A stretch of 63,825 nt of DNA, counting the filler, from Octopus bimaculoides (lineage: Eukaryota): assembly GCF_001194135.2 (NCBI RefSeq). It is 8 parts of 8 records of this genome, joined end to end, with 100 filler letters (N's around TTAATTAATTAA, not from the genome) between each part and the next. Parts side by side here need not be neighbours in the genome. Positions count along the whole stretch, not along the records: positions 1 to 16,108 come from NC_068983.1; 7 more parts are not named here. One strand, given 5' to 3'. The position numbers and the translations under genes are program-made. The notes beneath the pieces are model-generated. The model was not told the origin of the DNA. It did no database searches and saw nothing but the letters and a program-made list of their open reading frames with translations. Shown here in pieces: positions 1 to 11,316 of the stretch. Within the stretch, counting starts at the first letter, position 1, and every line of letters begins with the position of its first letter.

Positions 1-130
1 ATTTAGCAGTTCAGCAAAAGAAACTGATACAATGAGTACCTGGCTTAAAAAAAATAAGTACTAGGGTCAATTCATTTGTCTAAAAATTCAAGGCAGTGCC
101 CCAGCACGGCTGCAGTCTAATTAAAAGATA
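1..130 (+). mobile_element. SINE family A, 3' fragment
   Basis: Similar to the 3' half of the full-length copy at 8642-9032 (TTAGCAGTTC...GATAGAA...CCAGCA(C/T)GGC..CAGTC). Confidence 0.75.
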
Positions 131-161
131 AGTTAATTAAAATGGATTGTCAAGGCTTGTA

Positions 162-560
162 GGCACAGGCATAACTATGTGGATAAGAAGCTCCATTTGC
201 AACCACATGGTTTCAAGTTCAGACCTACTGCATGGCACCTTGGGCAATGTCTTTCATCATAACCCTGGGTCGACCAGTACCTGGTGAGTGAATTTGTTCA
301 CTGGAAACTGTATGGAAGCTTGTTGTATATATTTGTGTGTGTTTATATTTTGTGTTTGAACTTTTCCCTCCGCTGCTTGACATCTAATGCTGGTTTGTTT
401 ATGTCGCTGTAACTTAGCAGTTCAGCCAAAAAACAACAAAAAGAAACTGATAGAACAAGTACCAACCGTAAAAAAATAATTACTGAAGTTGACTTGTTTG
501 ACTAAACCCTTCAAGATGGTGCCACAGTCCAATGACTAAAAGATGTAAAAGATAAAAGAT
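162..560 (+). mobile_element. tRNA-derived SINE family A, near full length, CpG-decayed
   Basis: Colinear with 8642-9032: head with degenerate A/B boxes (GGTTTCAAGTTC), CORE-like CCTTGGGCAA segment, TG microsatellite, AAAAGAT-type tail. Confidence 0.8.
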
Positions 561-866
561 ATCCATGAAAAGTAAAAGATCCATCAATCCAATTATATTT
601 TTTCAGTTTGCTTTTTATTTTCAGAAAGACATAGTTTTTCCTCTGAGTTTGTAAAAATATTGAAGCAACTTCTGTTTACTTAGCCAGTGAGCTTCCCTAT
701 AACATACTAGGATTTAAGTAAATTTTTGCTTGAAATAAATAAATTCATAACATTTTCAAATATTATTAGTTTAGTTCATAAATGCTTTTGAAAAATTATT
801 TAATTCATGAAATTTAGAGAAGCTAATTCTGATTTTAATTCAAGAAAAAAAAAATGTCTGTTTCAG

Positions 867-913
867 ACCCAACAATGCAGAACTCATATATTGTTACTTA
901 TGAGTTTTTTAAG
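867..913 (+). CDS. Candidate 47-nt internal micro-exon of an unidentified gene (x-PTMQNSYIVTYEFFK)
   Basis: TGTTTCAG acceptor, AAG|GTGAGA donor, one open frame in non-repeat DNA. No recognisable homology. Confidence 0.25.
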
Positions 914-1193
914 GTGAGATTGAATTTATCATTGCTTCTGGTGGAGGAGTAGTTTTATGGTAGAACCATATTTCAAATAGGACACAAATTGTTCCACCAA
1001 ATTTAACCATGTTTTTAGTTTGCACAGCCAAGTTCTCTCCAAAATTTCCAACCTCAAGTCAATTCGCATCAAAACTATTCTGCACAGTTACAACAGCAAC
1101 AATAACAACAACAACAACAACAACAACAACCACATCTATTGAGATAATGCCAACAACAACAACTTTATTATTGCTTTATTCCTTTCATAAACT

Positions 1194-1265
1194 ATGAAAG
1201 CTGCCATTACAGGAAATTATATTTATTTCTTCATAAATATCATTTCCTGTAATGGCGGCTTTCAT
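1194..1265. repeat. 33-bp-arm near-perfect hairpin
   Basis: ATGAAAGCTGCCATTACAGGAAATTATATTTAT (1194-1226) pairs with 1233-1265; 2 imperfect positions, 6-nt loop. Confidence 0.9.
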
Positions 1266-1623
1266 TCTTTCGATTCCTAATATTCCTTCAGTAATATTAT
1301 AGACTGTACCAATACCACATACAACAATTGCAATTTGAACTTAATCAGTAATATAGTTTGGGAGGGAAAGGCAAGGGATTGGTCCACCTTGGAGGGCAGG
1401 TACTTTTACTTGGGGGTCTGTAGGATAGGTGAGGGGTGGTAAATTCAAGGGCTGCAAATGGATACTTTCTGTTGATAACTTGCAGTGACACAGAAATGCA
1501 TACATACATACATATGAAAATATATACATAAAAACGCATCCATAAAACAAACATACAAATCTGCGCATACACTAACACCAAATACTGCACACACACACAT
1601 ATGCACAAATACCTAGATGATTT

Positions 1624-1670
1624 TATTTATGTGTTTCAGCCAAGTGGCTGCGGTCATGCTGGTGCACCAC
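1624..1670 (-). mobile_element. 47-bp retroposon 3' tail, identical to 49821-49867
   Basis: Exact match to the copy at 49821; homologous to the SINE-A 3' tail. Confidence 0.75.
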
Positions 1671-1758
1671 TGTTCCAATGAAGGAGCCTTGAATCTATGT
1701 TAGAGTCCGGCTCTTTCTCTATTGACAAGAAATACAGAAATGAAACTGATTGATAACA

Positions 1759-1792
<34 letters not shown>

Positions 1793-1804
1793 CGTACGTA
1801 CAGA

Positions 1805-1960
1805 CTGAGTGCTTTTTGTGTGGCACAAGCACAGGTAAGGTCCGTTTAGGCAAGGTTTTTACTGCTTGATGTACTTCCAAATGCCAACCACTTTACAATG
1901 TGGATTGGATGATTTTTACTCAGTATCAGCACTGGCAGAGTCTCCAAGTAACTTGCAAAA
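1805..1960 (-). mobile_element. Decayed RTE-type 3' tail fragment
   Basis: Decayed version of the GGATGCCCTTCCTAACGCCAACCACT motif seen in the RTE 3' ends at 13675, 51608 and 53159. Confidence 0.55.
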
Positions 1961-2083
1961 CAAAGATCTTTTGAGAGGGAAGGGGCATTGGAAAAGGTGA
2001 ACTTGTGTCAGATGATGAAAGGTTATTGTGAGACAGAGAGACAGAAACAGGTGTCTTGCTGTAGAAGACGTACATGTTTACCC

Positions 2084-2086
<3 letters not shown>

Positions 2087-2124
<38 letters not shown>

Positions 2125-2286
2125 GAGAAAGAGAGCAAGAGAGAGGAGAGAGAGAGACATAGAGAGAGAGGAGAGAGGGGAGAGAGAGAGAAAGAAAGGG
2201 AGAGAGGGGGAGAGAGAGAGAGAGANNNNNNNNNNATAGAGAGAGAGGAGAGAGGGGAGAGAGAGAGAAAGAAAGGGAGAGAGGGG

Positions 2287-2320
<34 letters not shown>

Positions 2321-2325
2321 GGAGA
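2087..2325. repeat. (AG)n compound microsatellite
   Basis: Directly visible, with a duplicated block either side of a small gap. Confidence 0.95.
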
Positions 2326-2675
2326 TTAAGAATGAAGACAGAAATTGGTGTGTTGCTGTAAAGGCGATACATAGTTACCCAGGATTTGGAGGGAGAGCGA
2401 AAGAGAGAGAGAGAGCAAGGGTGCAAGAGAGCAGGGGAGAGATGGTGGTAGAGTGGTGGACATACTTAGAAGGGACAGGGATCAGAATATAAATGGGATG
2501 GTTGAGTAAAAGGAGAGAGAGAGAGATGGTGACAAGTGCCAGGTCATACTCTTGAGGTACGGAGATAATATCATAAGTGGTTGGACATTGCCAAAGAAAC
2601 GTAGAGAGTGGGGAAGGGGAATGTGAAAATCTGGCTGTATAGAGGGAATATTTGTGTGTGTGTGTGTGTGTGTGT

Positions 2676-3215
2676 GGAGGCATGTGGCTTAGTGGTCTGG
2701 GTGTTGCACTCATGATTGTAGGATTGTGGTTTCAATTCCTGGACCAAGCAATGTGTTCTTGAGCAAAACACTTCATTTTATGTTGCTTCCATCCACTAAG
2801 CTGTTAAAAATAAGTAATCCTGTGATGGACTGGTGGCCCCTCCAAGAATGGGGAAAATATATATATGCCACAGAATCTGTGAAATTGGCCTTGTGAGCCT
2901 ATGGGAAGGCCCTTTTATCTCATATATATGAGTGTGTAAGTGTCTGTGTGTATGTATATGTGTGTATGTGATTATGTCCCCTTGTCTTGACTGCACATGA
3001 TAGTTGTAAATAAGTATCACTATCACATAAGCAGTATCATTCATTTCCAATATTTTGCAAGGACATGTCTGACCAAGGGGGAAATATTACTCTGCTTGGA
3101 AAACAGGTGAGAGTTGGCAGCAGGAAAGGCATCCAGCTGTTGGAAATCTGTTTCAGTTAACTCTATCTGACACATGCAAGCATAGAAAACTGGACATTAA
3201 GATGATGATGGTGAT
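2676..3215 (+). mobile_element. tRNA-derived SINE family D followed by an RTE-type 3' tail ending in (GAT)n
   Basis: TGGCTTAGTGG A box, GGTTTCAATTCC B box, TTCTTGAGCAAAACACTT CORE-like segment, CCTGTGATGGACTGG, then GGCATCCAGC...GGACATTAAGATGATGATG. Confidence 0.75.
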
Positions 3216-3336
3216 GAGGATTATTTTAACAATAGCTTTCATACTCAATTTTTTTAGAATCTTTCGTCTTTAGAAAAACAAAAAAATTAAAAAAAACTCC
3301 TCAAGCTTCCAATTTGTTTTTTTACCTTTTCAATTT

Positions 3337-3389
3337 TAAGCTAACTAATATTTCCTTTAAACTCATCAAAGGAGATATTAGTTAGCTTA
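3337..3389. repeat. 22-bp-arm hairpin
   Basis: TAAGCTAACTAATATTTCCTTT / AAAGGAGATATTAGTTAGCTTA, one G-T position, 9-nt loop. Confidence 0.9.
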
Positions 3390-3819
3390 AATGCTTTCGA
3401 AGTTTTAGTAGTGTAATGAAGCATACTGCTAATTTCCTTAAATGTGGAGAGAGATTCAGAACTTATTAAGCATACCGGTCTGTTTTCACTTCAGCACAAA
3501 AGTAATCACTTTATCTACATATCCTGCAATTTTCCTCATTTCTTCAAACAACTTTCTCTATTTTGTTTTTTAATAGAAGCCATTAAGAGGGATGATTAAT
3601 AATTAATATAAAAATAAAAAGTATACTAATGGGTTTACACTTTGAACAGATACTATAAACCACACCCAATCTACCTTAGTGCTGTTTTCATTCCCAGATT
3701 ACAAAGTATCGTTTATCAGTGCTATATGTGTTGCCTACTATAGCTCTGGGCCAACCAAAGCCTTGTAAATGTATTTGATAGAGAGGAAAACTGAATGAAG
3801 CCTGTTGTGTGTGTGTGTA

Positions 3820-6028
3820 TTAGGGATACAACTGTTTTGCAACTCCATAGTTCTGTATCATATTCTGATGAACTATTGCTAAAAAACATTGAAAATCAAT
3901 GATTTTTTTTTTTGTATTTGATCAAAAAATTCATCCATGACTAACTTTGAAATTTTTATACTCGGTTGCATCTGGGTGGATTTCCAAAAACTAGAACCAT
4001 GGTTGAATAATAAACAAAAAAGGGAAAAAGATCCAAAACGTTAAATACATAACTTTTAAAAGAACTGTATTCTGCATTCCAGAACAATAAAAAGAAGGTA
4101 AATCATATAAAGTCAAATTAGTCAATAGTCAAGTTGCGGCAAGTCATTGGAGAGAATGAAACGCAATGGCGGGTTGGCTTTGTTCTTGCATGTAGCATGT
4201 AGTTCTTGCATGACCTTAATTGCTCGCTCACAGCATTGATTGCTTCTCCTGATGTTTTGTTTTGATGGCTCTTGTTTCCAGTGATTTGTCAAGCATTTCA
4301 AAGCAATCTTGTAGGGTAGTAAGGCTTGCAATAGCTCTGCATAATCTTCAGCTCTATACATTTGGTCACTGAACCAATGGTCCGTCCAGTCATATGAGAT
4401 GAACTGGCAGACCATCTGCAATTTTTCTCTCGTATGTGGCATGAGGTTAAATGCAAGAAGGGCTAAGATTGTTCACAAATTCCATCTGGCATTACTGATG
4501 TTTGGAATTTTCTGAAACTTGCAGTTCTTCATAACTTCTCATGAGTTCTTTGACAAAAAAAATTTGATGCTGGGTGAATTGCTTGTGCCTGCTAGCTCCT
4601 CATCCATAACAACATGCAAGATTCTGTCCAAGACATGGTGTTGGCAGCTCACAAATTGTGACTTGTCATAGGCTTTGCTCAAGAACATTCTCTACAGTCT
4701 AACCATTAACCCACTCTTTTGTCCTATATTCACACTTGTTGTATCAGCAATAATCATTGAAATTGCACCCCGCAAGTGAAATTTGTCCAAGATGCTTTTC
4801 AGTCCTTCTGCAATGGTCTCAGCCTTGCCATGACACAGCTTCAGGGCAGCCAGCTTAATTTCACTTGTTTCATTCTTGACAACAACCGCTTGATATTCAT
4901 TTCTGTCAATATGTTTACCATCGAAATGCAGGCTCCATTCTTGATTGTGTAGTGTATCGATCAAGTGTTTCTTCATTTCATCAGCTTTCTTAAAGAGTGG
5001 CTTGTAAATGCCTTACTGACCAGGAGCAGAGATATCAGTGCTCTTCTCTGACAACTGTTTGCAACTTTGTTGGTAGAGATGTTTGTTCCAGTAACAAGAC
5101 TCATACCAATTGCAGATTTGTTGTGCTTTCTTGTGGAGGAATAAGTGCCATCACTATTACTATCATTTTGATCAACTCTGTCATTTTCACCATAGTTGTA
5201 CTTTTCAATCTCTTCTTCTTCAGAGTCACTGTCAGTATCCAGGGTAATTGGGTTTGATAAAAAATGGGAGGCTTCAGCATCAGAGCAGCTTCTCTTGGAA
5301 AGATGGACAGTGTGTTTGCTTGCAGCTTTGCCTGTTGAATAGCCCACTTTGCCCTTGCTTTGGAGTTCGATGGAGTACAGCTTTTTGTAATCAGCATTGA
5401 ACCATTCATTGTGGACTTTGGTGATATTGAACAGTTCTTCCAATGGTTCAAATTTTCTTGGTGCATTTGTCATACAAATGAAGCACAATCTCTAGCTTGG
5501 ACTGTATTGCTTGCTCAGAAATTATTAGAAAATTCAGTTTATCTCTCCACAGTAGTGTCACCTCTCTTGATAATTCTGCCACTCTCTCCTTTCTGTCTTT
5601 AACTGATTTCCTAAGAAACTGGTATTGACCAACAATCTGCTCCTTGAGTGGCATTCGGCTTTTGCTGGCCAGTGAAGCTTCTTCTATAGGCACATGATCT
5701 CTAGATGAATGGGACTGGAACTGCACCAAACTTCTCCTCCATTTCTCCTTGTTCTTCTGAACAACTTTGAAGCTTTTCTTGAATGACATACTGCTAGCAG
5801 TAATGCATAACTCATACTGAAACTGAAACAATAAAACTGAGAGTGAAAGAAGAACTTGGTTATTTGCTTTATGACTAAGCACGATGACTCAGCAATACAA
5901 TCTAATCACCACTGAAGTCTCATAAATGCCAAGAATTTATTGAAAGCCATTTATTGAAAGCCAACTGTTAATAATTATTGCAGCAGTTGCAAGGTTGCAA
6001 AGTATTTACAGTTACATATTAACCCTTA
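3820..6028 (-). mobile_element. Decayed hAT-superfamily (hATm/hATx-like) DNA transposon
   Basis: Transposase motifs on the minus strand; degenerate TIRs (TAGGGATACAACTG-TTTTGCAAC left, GTTGCAAA..ACAGTT..CCCTTA right). No TSD seen. Confidence 0.7.
4122..5880 (-). pseudogene. hAT-type DDE transposase pseudogene
   Basis: WSLHFDGK (first Asp), IADTTSVNIG (second Asp), CQHH (CxxH motif, read through a stop near 4692), SNARWN, NQCCERAIK (catalytic Glu region). Stops, frameshifts and an apparent internal deletion. Confidence 0.8.
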
Positions 6029-6053
6029 AATTAATATTTTAATACATGTGCTT

Positions 6054-6150
6054 AATCTATATATATAAAATTCTTTGTCTCTCTGTTTGTCTATTCCCAA
6101 TGCATTCTCAAACAGCTCCACCAAATCAAATAAAATTTTACAAATAAAAT
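6054..6150 (+). mobile_element. Possible non-autonomous Helitron 5' end
   Basis: ATCTATATATATAAAA followed by a TCTGT-rich stretch and CCAAATCAAATAAAATTTT, resembling invertebrate Helitron 5' termini. No 3' end seen. Confidence 0.35.
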
Positions 6151-6159
6151 TTTACGTGC

Positions 6160-6965
6160 TACTGGCATGGGGCTCACAACTACAATTTCCATTTGATTTG
6201 AGTTAGATATTGCTGATGTTGATGTACTTGACTCAGTAAGTAGGTCTCCTCAAGCACTGCATCTAGCCCTATGATCCAAGGTACTTTTGAGTGGGCTGGT
6301 TATGCGACACTGGTGTAGGTTACAGTTGTGGAATCACTTTATTTGCTGGGTCTTCTCAGTCACAGCACACCTCCAGAGGTCTCGATCTTTTGTCATTGCC
6401 TCTGTGAGGCTCAAGGTTCAAAGGTCATGCTTCACCACCTCATCCCATGTCTTCCTGGGTCTCCCTCTACCCCGGACTCCTTCCACTGTTTCGGAATGGC
6501 ACTTCTTCACACAGCTCTCTGCGTCCATCCACAGTACATGACGATAGCAACGTTAATGTCTCTCTTGCACGCCACATCTGATACTTCTTATGTCCAACTT
6601 TTCTCTCAGGGCGCTTATACTCTCTCATGTGTGCACACTGACATTACATATCCAGCGGATCATGCCAGCTTCATTTCTTTCGAGCTTACGCATGTCTTCA
6701 GCAGTCATGGCCCATGTTTCACTGCCGTGAAGCATGGCCGTTTGCACACATGCATCATACAATCTACCTTTCATTGAGACGCCCTTTGTCACCAGTAGAG
6801 GTAGGAGTTTTCTGAACTTTGCCCGGTCTATTCTTATTCTAGTGGTAACACTCTCTGAGTATCCACCCCCACTACAGACTTGGCCAGCTAGGTAGCGGAA
6901 GCTATCAACTACTTCTAGTTTCTCCCCCTGGCATGTGATGGAGTCTGTTTTCTGAGCATTTGTCC
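6160..6965 (-). mobile_element. RTE-clade LINE, 5'-truncated (RT C-terminus plus 3' UTR)
   Basis: LEVVDSFRYL...KGRLYDACVQTAMLHGSETW...RWICNVS; same family as 51605-52605 and 53159-53975. Confidence 0.9.
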
Positions 6966-7174
6966 TAGGAGAGAAAGAAAGAGTGTAGGTAATATATAGA
7001 GCACAGCCCAATGAGGAGGAGGGGTTGGGAGAATAGACATCAGGTAATGGTGGTGGGAGGAGAGAAAGTTATCTGGTGTGAATGGTGGGAAGATAGAGAT
7101 ATCCGGTGTTGGTGGTGGGGGTGGGATAGAGATATCTGGTATTGGTGGTGGGGATATGACAGGGTGGGCACACC

Positions 7175-7411
7175 GCGAACAAACAAAGTTTAGTTTGGGG
7201 ACATGGTATGAGGGACGATAATAATGGTAATAATAATGAAATTAAACAGACCAAGAAATGAGTAATTATCTTAACAAAATTACATGAGAGATAGAATTAT
7301 ATTTTGAAGGGACATTTGCAATGGTTAGCGAACAACGTTTAGTTTGGGGACATGGTACAAGAGATAAAAATAATGGTAATAATAATGAAATTAAACAGAC
7401 CAAGAAACGAG
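7175..7411. repeat. Local duplication of an ~85-bp block (7175-7262 and 7328-7411)
   Basis: GTTTAGTTTGGGGACATGGTA...AATAATGGTAATAATAATGAAATTAAACAGACCAAGAAA occurs twice. Confidence 0.9.
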
Positions 7412-7528
7412 AAGAATATATATATATATATATATATTGATAGAAAAGACAACAAAAGGAAGAAAGAGACCTCGATATTATGTAAATAGAGGAATTTATC
7501 TGTAAAAATATGTGACACTTATTCGTTA

Positions 7529-7598
7529 GCCATGATAAAACTCTGAGTTTTGGATGCCGGGGTAGAAACCCACGCTGCCATCTCTTCAGTTATCTGGC
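7529..7598 (-). ncRNA. Type I minimal hammerhead-like motif with G12 mutated
   Basis: GCCA-GATAA CTGAAGA GATG..CATC C AAAA CTC-A-GAG T T TTATC-A-TGGC. Stems I, II and palindromic III present, but GAAA reads AAAA. Confidence 0.55.
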
Positions 7599-7940
7599 CA
7601 TTGAAAATTCCTAGGAATTTTCAAAGTGTCACACACACACACACATATATATANNNNNNNNNNNNNNNNNNNNNNNNNNNNNNNNNNNNNNNNNNNNNNN
7701 NNNNNNNNNNNNNNNNNNNNNNNNNNNNNNNNNNNNNNNNNNNNNNNNNNNNNNNNNNNNNNNNNNNNNNNNNNNNNNNNNNNNNNNNNNNNNNNNNNNN
7801 NNNNNNNNNNNNNNNNNNNNNNNNNNNNNNNNNNNNNNNNNNNNNNNNNNNNNNNNNNNNNNNNNNNNNNNNNNNNNNNNNNNNNNNNNNNNNNNNNNNN
7901 NNNNNNNNNNNNNNNNNNNNNNNNNNNNNNNNNNNNNNNN

Positions 7941-8520
7941 TTTTTGGAGTAATCAGGTAATTCTTTCTCTCAGCCAGGCAGGTATTTGCTCTGGGTTCTG
8001 AATGATATTAGTTAGAGCTGCAATGAGATTTTTGTGCACTTCAATGCAGCCAGAAGTTAGGGATCTGGTTCAGGTCTGGGGATTTCCATTTGTGAGACTT
8101 TCTAAGAGCATGTCTTAGCCCTTCTGTTCTTATTACCTACCATTCTTCTTCATCTTCATTCTTTCATTCTCATATTGTATCCAGTCAATGTCAGCCTTCA
8201 ACTTTTTCATTGCTCCATATCTTCTGTGATCTTTTTCTCTATTATTCTCTTCAAATTCTATGTCATGTCTATTTTGGTGTTTTTGAAGTAAATCTTCATT
8301 TTCCTCTTTTTCCATATTCATTTTCTCTGCTGCTTTTTGTTCAGTTTCCTTGTTGTTCAGATTTACTGCTTTTACAGTAGGTTCTATGTTTCTGTTACAT
8401 ATTTCATCTTCTTGATTGCTGTTTTCATTTGGTCCACTTTGAGGTATTTGTATTCTAATTTGGTCAATTTCAGCATTATTTAGTCTTTTTGTTTTTAATG
8501 ATATCTCTATGTACATTATT
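7941..8520 (-). mobile_element. R4/Dong-clade non-LTR retrotransposon fragment (N-terminal region and start of RT)
   Basis: KRLNNAEIDQIR matches the Dong N-terminal motif; KSHKWKSPDLNQIPNFWL matches RT domain 0. Frameshifted with deletions. Confidence 0.7.
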
Positions 8521-8641
8521 TAATTTGTTTGCATATATATAGCTTTATACTTTATTGCCTACTAAGTTTCTCAATGAAGTGCTTGAGATTATTATCTGAG
8601 TTTAACTAGGCTGTGTAAAAAGCTTTCAAAACATCTGTATA

Positions 8642-9032
8642 GGCGTAGGAGTGGCTGTGTGGTAAGTAGCTTCCTTACCAACCACATGGTTCCGGGTTCA
8701 GTCCCACTGTGTGGCACCTTGGGCAAGTGTCTTTTACTATAGCCTCAGGCTGACCAAAGCCTTGTGAGTGGATTTGGTAGACGGAAACTGAAAGAAGTCC
8801 GTCATATATATGTATATATATATATGTGTGTGTGTGTTTGTCCCTCCCAACATCGCTTGACAACCGATGCTGGTTTGTTTACGTCCCTGTAACTTAGCAG
8901 TTCGGCAAAAGAGACCGATAGAATGTACTAGGCTTCCAAAGAATAAGTCCTGGGGTCGATTTGCTCGACTAAAGGCGGTGCTCCAGCATGGCCACAGTCA
9001 AATGACTGAAACAAGTAAAAGAGTAAAGAGTA
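8642..9032 (+). mobile_element. tRNA-derived SINE family A, full length
   Basis: GGCGTAGGAGTGGCTGTGTGG (A box), GGTTCAGTCCC (B box), CCTTGGGCAAGTGTCTT CORE-like block, AT/GT microsatellite middle, tail ACAAGTAAAAGAGT. Many copies elsewhere in the window. Confidence 0.92.
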
Positions 9033-9834
9033 TAGTCCCCCCTAGTTCATTTTTATGCATTTTGCTTCAAGTGGTGTTTTGATGGTGTCACTACAGCTCT
9101 AAGGTTTAGATTATCCTGGTTCTAGTTATCTAGTTGATTATCTTTTTGAGAGTTTGTTCCAACAATGACCGATTTGGCATGAGTTTTGGTTTGTTTCCAT
9201 TAAAACATTGATGTTGACATTAGGAGACAGGTCTATCTATTTAGAGTTAACGTTTTGACAGATCTCTGCTTCTGACTTCTTTAAATAGATATGTTTTTCA
9301 TATTGTAATTGCATGAGGTTTGTCCCTATTTTTTTTCCTTAGTAGATATATCTCCTGGCATAATGGTTTAGTGGTGTTTTAAACTCAGTGATTATTCGTT
9401 CCATTTGTGTTTGTTTGTAGAAAATCGTTTTTCTTTTCTCTTGTTTTGCTTCACTTGTAACATGTGTTTGCATGTGTATATGTCCGTGCGCGCACGTGCG
9501 TGTGTGTGGTGTAAACATTACATAGTTTATAAATATTAAAATGTGTTCATGTCTGTATAAACAATTGGATGTATACATAATTAATCAATTTAGGTACATA
9601 CTGTATATTTAGTGGATATGTTTATCAGACTTAATTACATTACATTTGATTTTTTACATATGTCACACTGAGATATCATGCCTGGAAGAAACAATAATTT
9701 ATACAACAATAATCTTTTGTTTCTTTTACTTGATTTGCTTTTAAAGAACTTTTCCCTCAAATATATTGCAAAGTTTTTCCATTTTCCTGATTTGGGGAGA
9801 GAGTTTCATGTTATTTGAACCCTGTACATCCATG

Positions 9835-9889
9835 TTGTTGTTGTTATCATTATTGTTATCATCATCATCATCATCATCATCATCATTAC

Positions 9890-9941
<52 letters not shown>
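9835..9941. repeat. (TCA)n/(TTA)n microsatellite
   Basis: Directly visible. Confidence 0.95.
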
Positions 9942-9942
<1 letters not shown>

Positions 9943-9943
9943 G

Positions 9944-10155
9944 GATGTTGAGCTGGTGGAAACTTTTAGAGCATTGGGGAAAACAATACTTCATAGTATT
10001 TCTCCTGAGTCATTCTAGTCTGAATTCAAACTTCACTGAGGTCAACTTAGCCTTTCATCATTTCAAGATTGATGAAAATAAGTACCAGTTAAACACTGGG
10101 GTCAATGTAATCGACTGCTTCCCTTCCTACAAATTTCAGACTTTGTGCCTTTAGT
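9944..10155 (+). mobile_element. tRNA-derived SINE family B, CpG-decayed
   Basis: Reverse-complement similarity to 19340-19530 and 62578-62775 (GAGCTGG.., GAATTCAAA B box, ATAAGTACCAGTT..CACTGGGGTC). Confidence 0.8.
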
Positions 10156-10269
10156 AGATAGCATTATTATCATTATTATCATTATTATTATTATTATTAT
10201 TATTATCATTATTCTTCTTATTATTATTAGGATGTTGAACTGGTGGAACTATTAGAGCATCGGAAAATA

Positions 10270-10460
10270 TTATCATTGTCGTCATTTAATGTCTTGTTTC
10301 ATGCTGGCATGAGTTGGATGGTTCAACAGAATCTGACTTGCCTGAGGGTTGTGTTGGTCTCTATTGTCTGCTTTGGCAAGGTTTCTTTTATGATTGGCTG
10401 CCCCTTCTTAATACTAACCACTTTACACAATGTATTGGGTGCTTTTCTTTTTTCCATAGC
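10270..10460 (-). mobile_element. Decayed RTE-type 3' tail
   Basis: TCATTTAATGTC..TTTCATGCTGGCATGAGTTGGA matches the LINE 3' end at 51608. Confidence 0.7.
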
Positions 10461-10544
10461 ATCAGCTCTACTGGGTCATCAAGTAACACATAAAACAAGA
10501 CACCCCACTTCACAGGGTTGGGTGAAGTATTGAAGGGGATGGCA

Positions 10545-10715
10545 TTGTACTTTATAGTATTTCTCTTGAGTCAATCCACACCGAGTTCAAATTCCACTGA
10601 GGTCAACTTTGTCTTTCATCATTCAGGGTTGATAAAATAAGTACCAGTTGACAACTGGAGTTGATGTAATCAACTTACACCCTTCTCCAAAATTGTTGGC
10701 CTTGTGCCAAGAGTT
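10545..10715 (+). mobile_element. SINE family B, CpG-decayed
   Basis: GAGTTCAAATTCCACTGAGGTCAACTTTG...ATAAGTACCAGTT...GGCCTTGTGCC. Confidence 0.8.
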
Positions 10716-10724
10716 CAAACCACC

Positions 10725-10858
10725 ACCATGATCACGACCACCACAACCACCACCACCACAACAACAATGACGACGACGACCACCACGACCACCACAACCA
10801 CTACCCCACGACCACCACCACCGCCGCCACCACCACCACTGGTACCACCACCACCATC
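10725..10858. repeat. (CAC)n-type compound microsatellite
   Basis: Directly visible. Confidence 0.95.
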
Positions 10859-11316
10859 TTTGCAGTGAATGCATTGTGCATTCATTATCAGTGTATTGCT
10901 TAACAATTGAGAATGGATGCAAACAAATTTGAATTTGCAGAAGAAAAAAATTATCTGGAATTTCATTCATAATCATGGTTCACTAATATTCATAGGGGAA
11001 AAATATAAGAATAAATTAATTAGCAATTATTTTAAATAATCAATAAAAAAAAAAAAATGAATAATTGATTGTTGAAAAGAAGATTGCTCTCCCTCCCCAT
11101 CTCCCCCCACCCTCACCACACCATCGCTTCTAAATGAACTCAAATGAGAAGGATCAGGAAAATGAAAACAAATTTGACAATGACTAAAAATTAAATGAGA
11201 AAAGCTGCCCCTCCACATATTTTTGTTATATGTATAATCAAATTTCTAATGTAGGTTAATAAAAATGTTTAACAGTTCATATATGAGAACTTCATCATAT
11301 TGTTCTAATTTTCCAG

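Noticed and set aside
3865-3896. CTGATGA...GAAA near the hAT terminus
   Set aside because: No stem II, stem III or stem I pairing.
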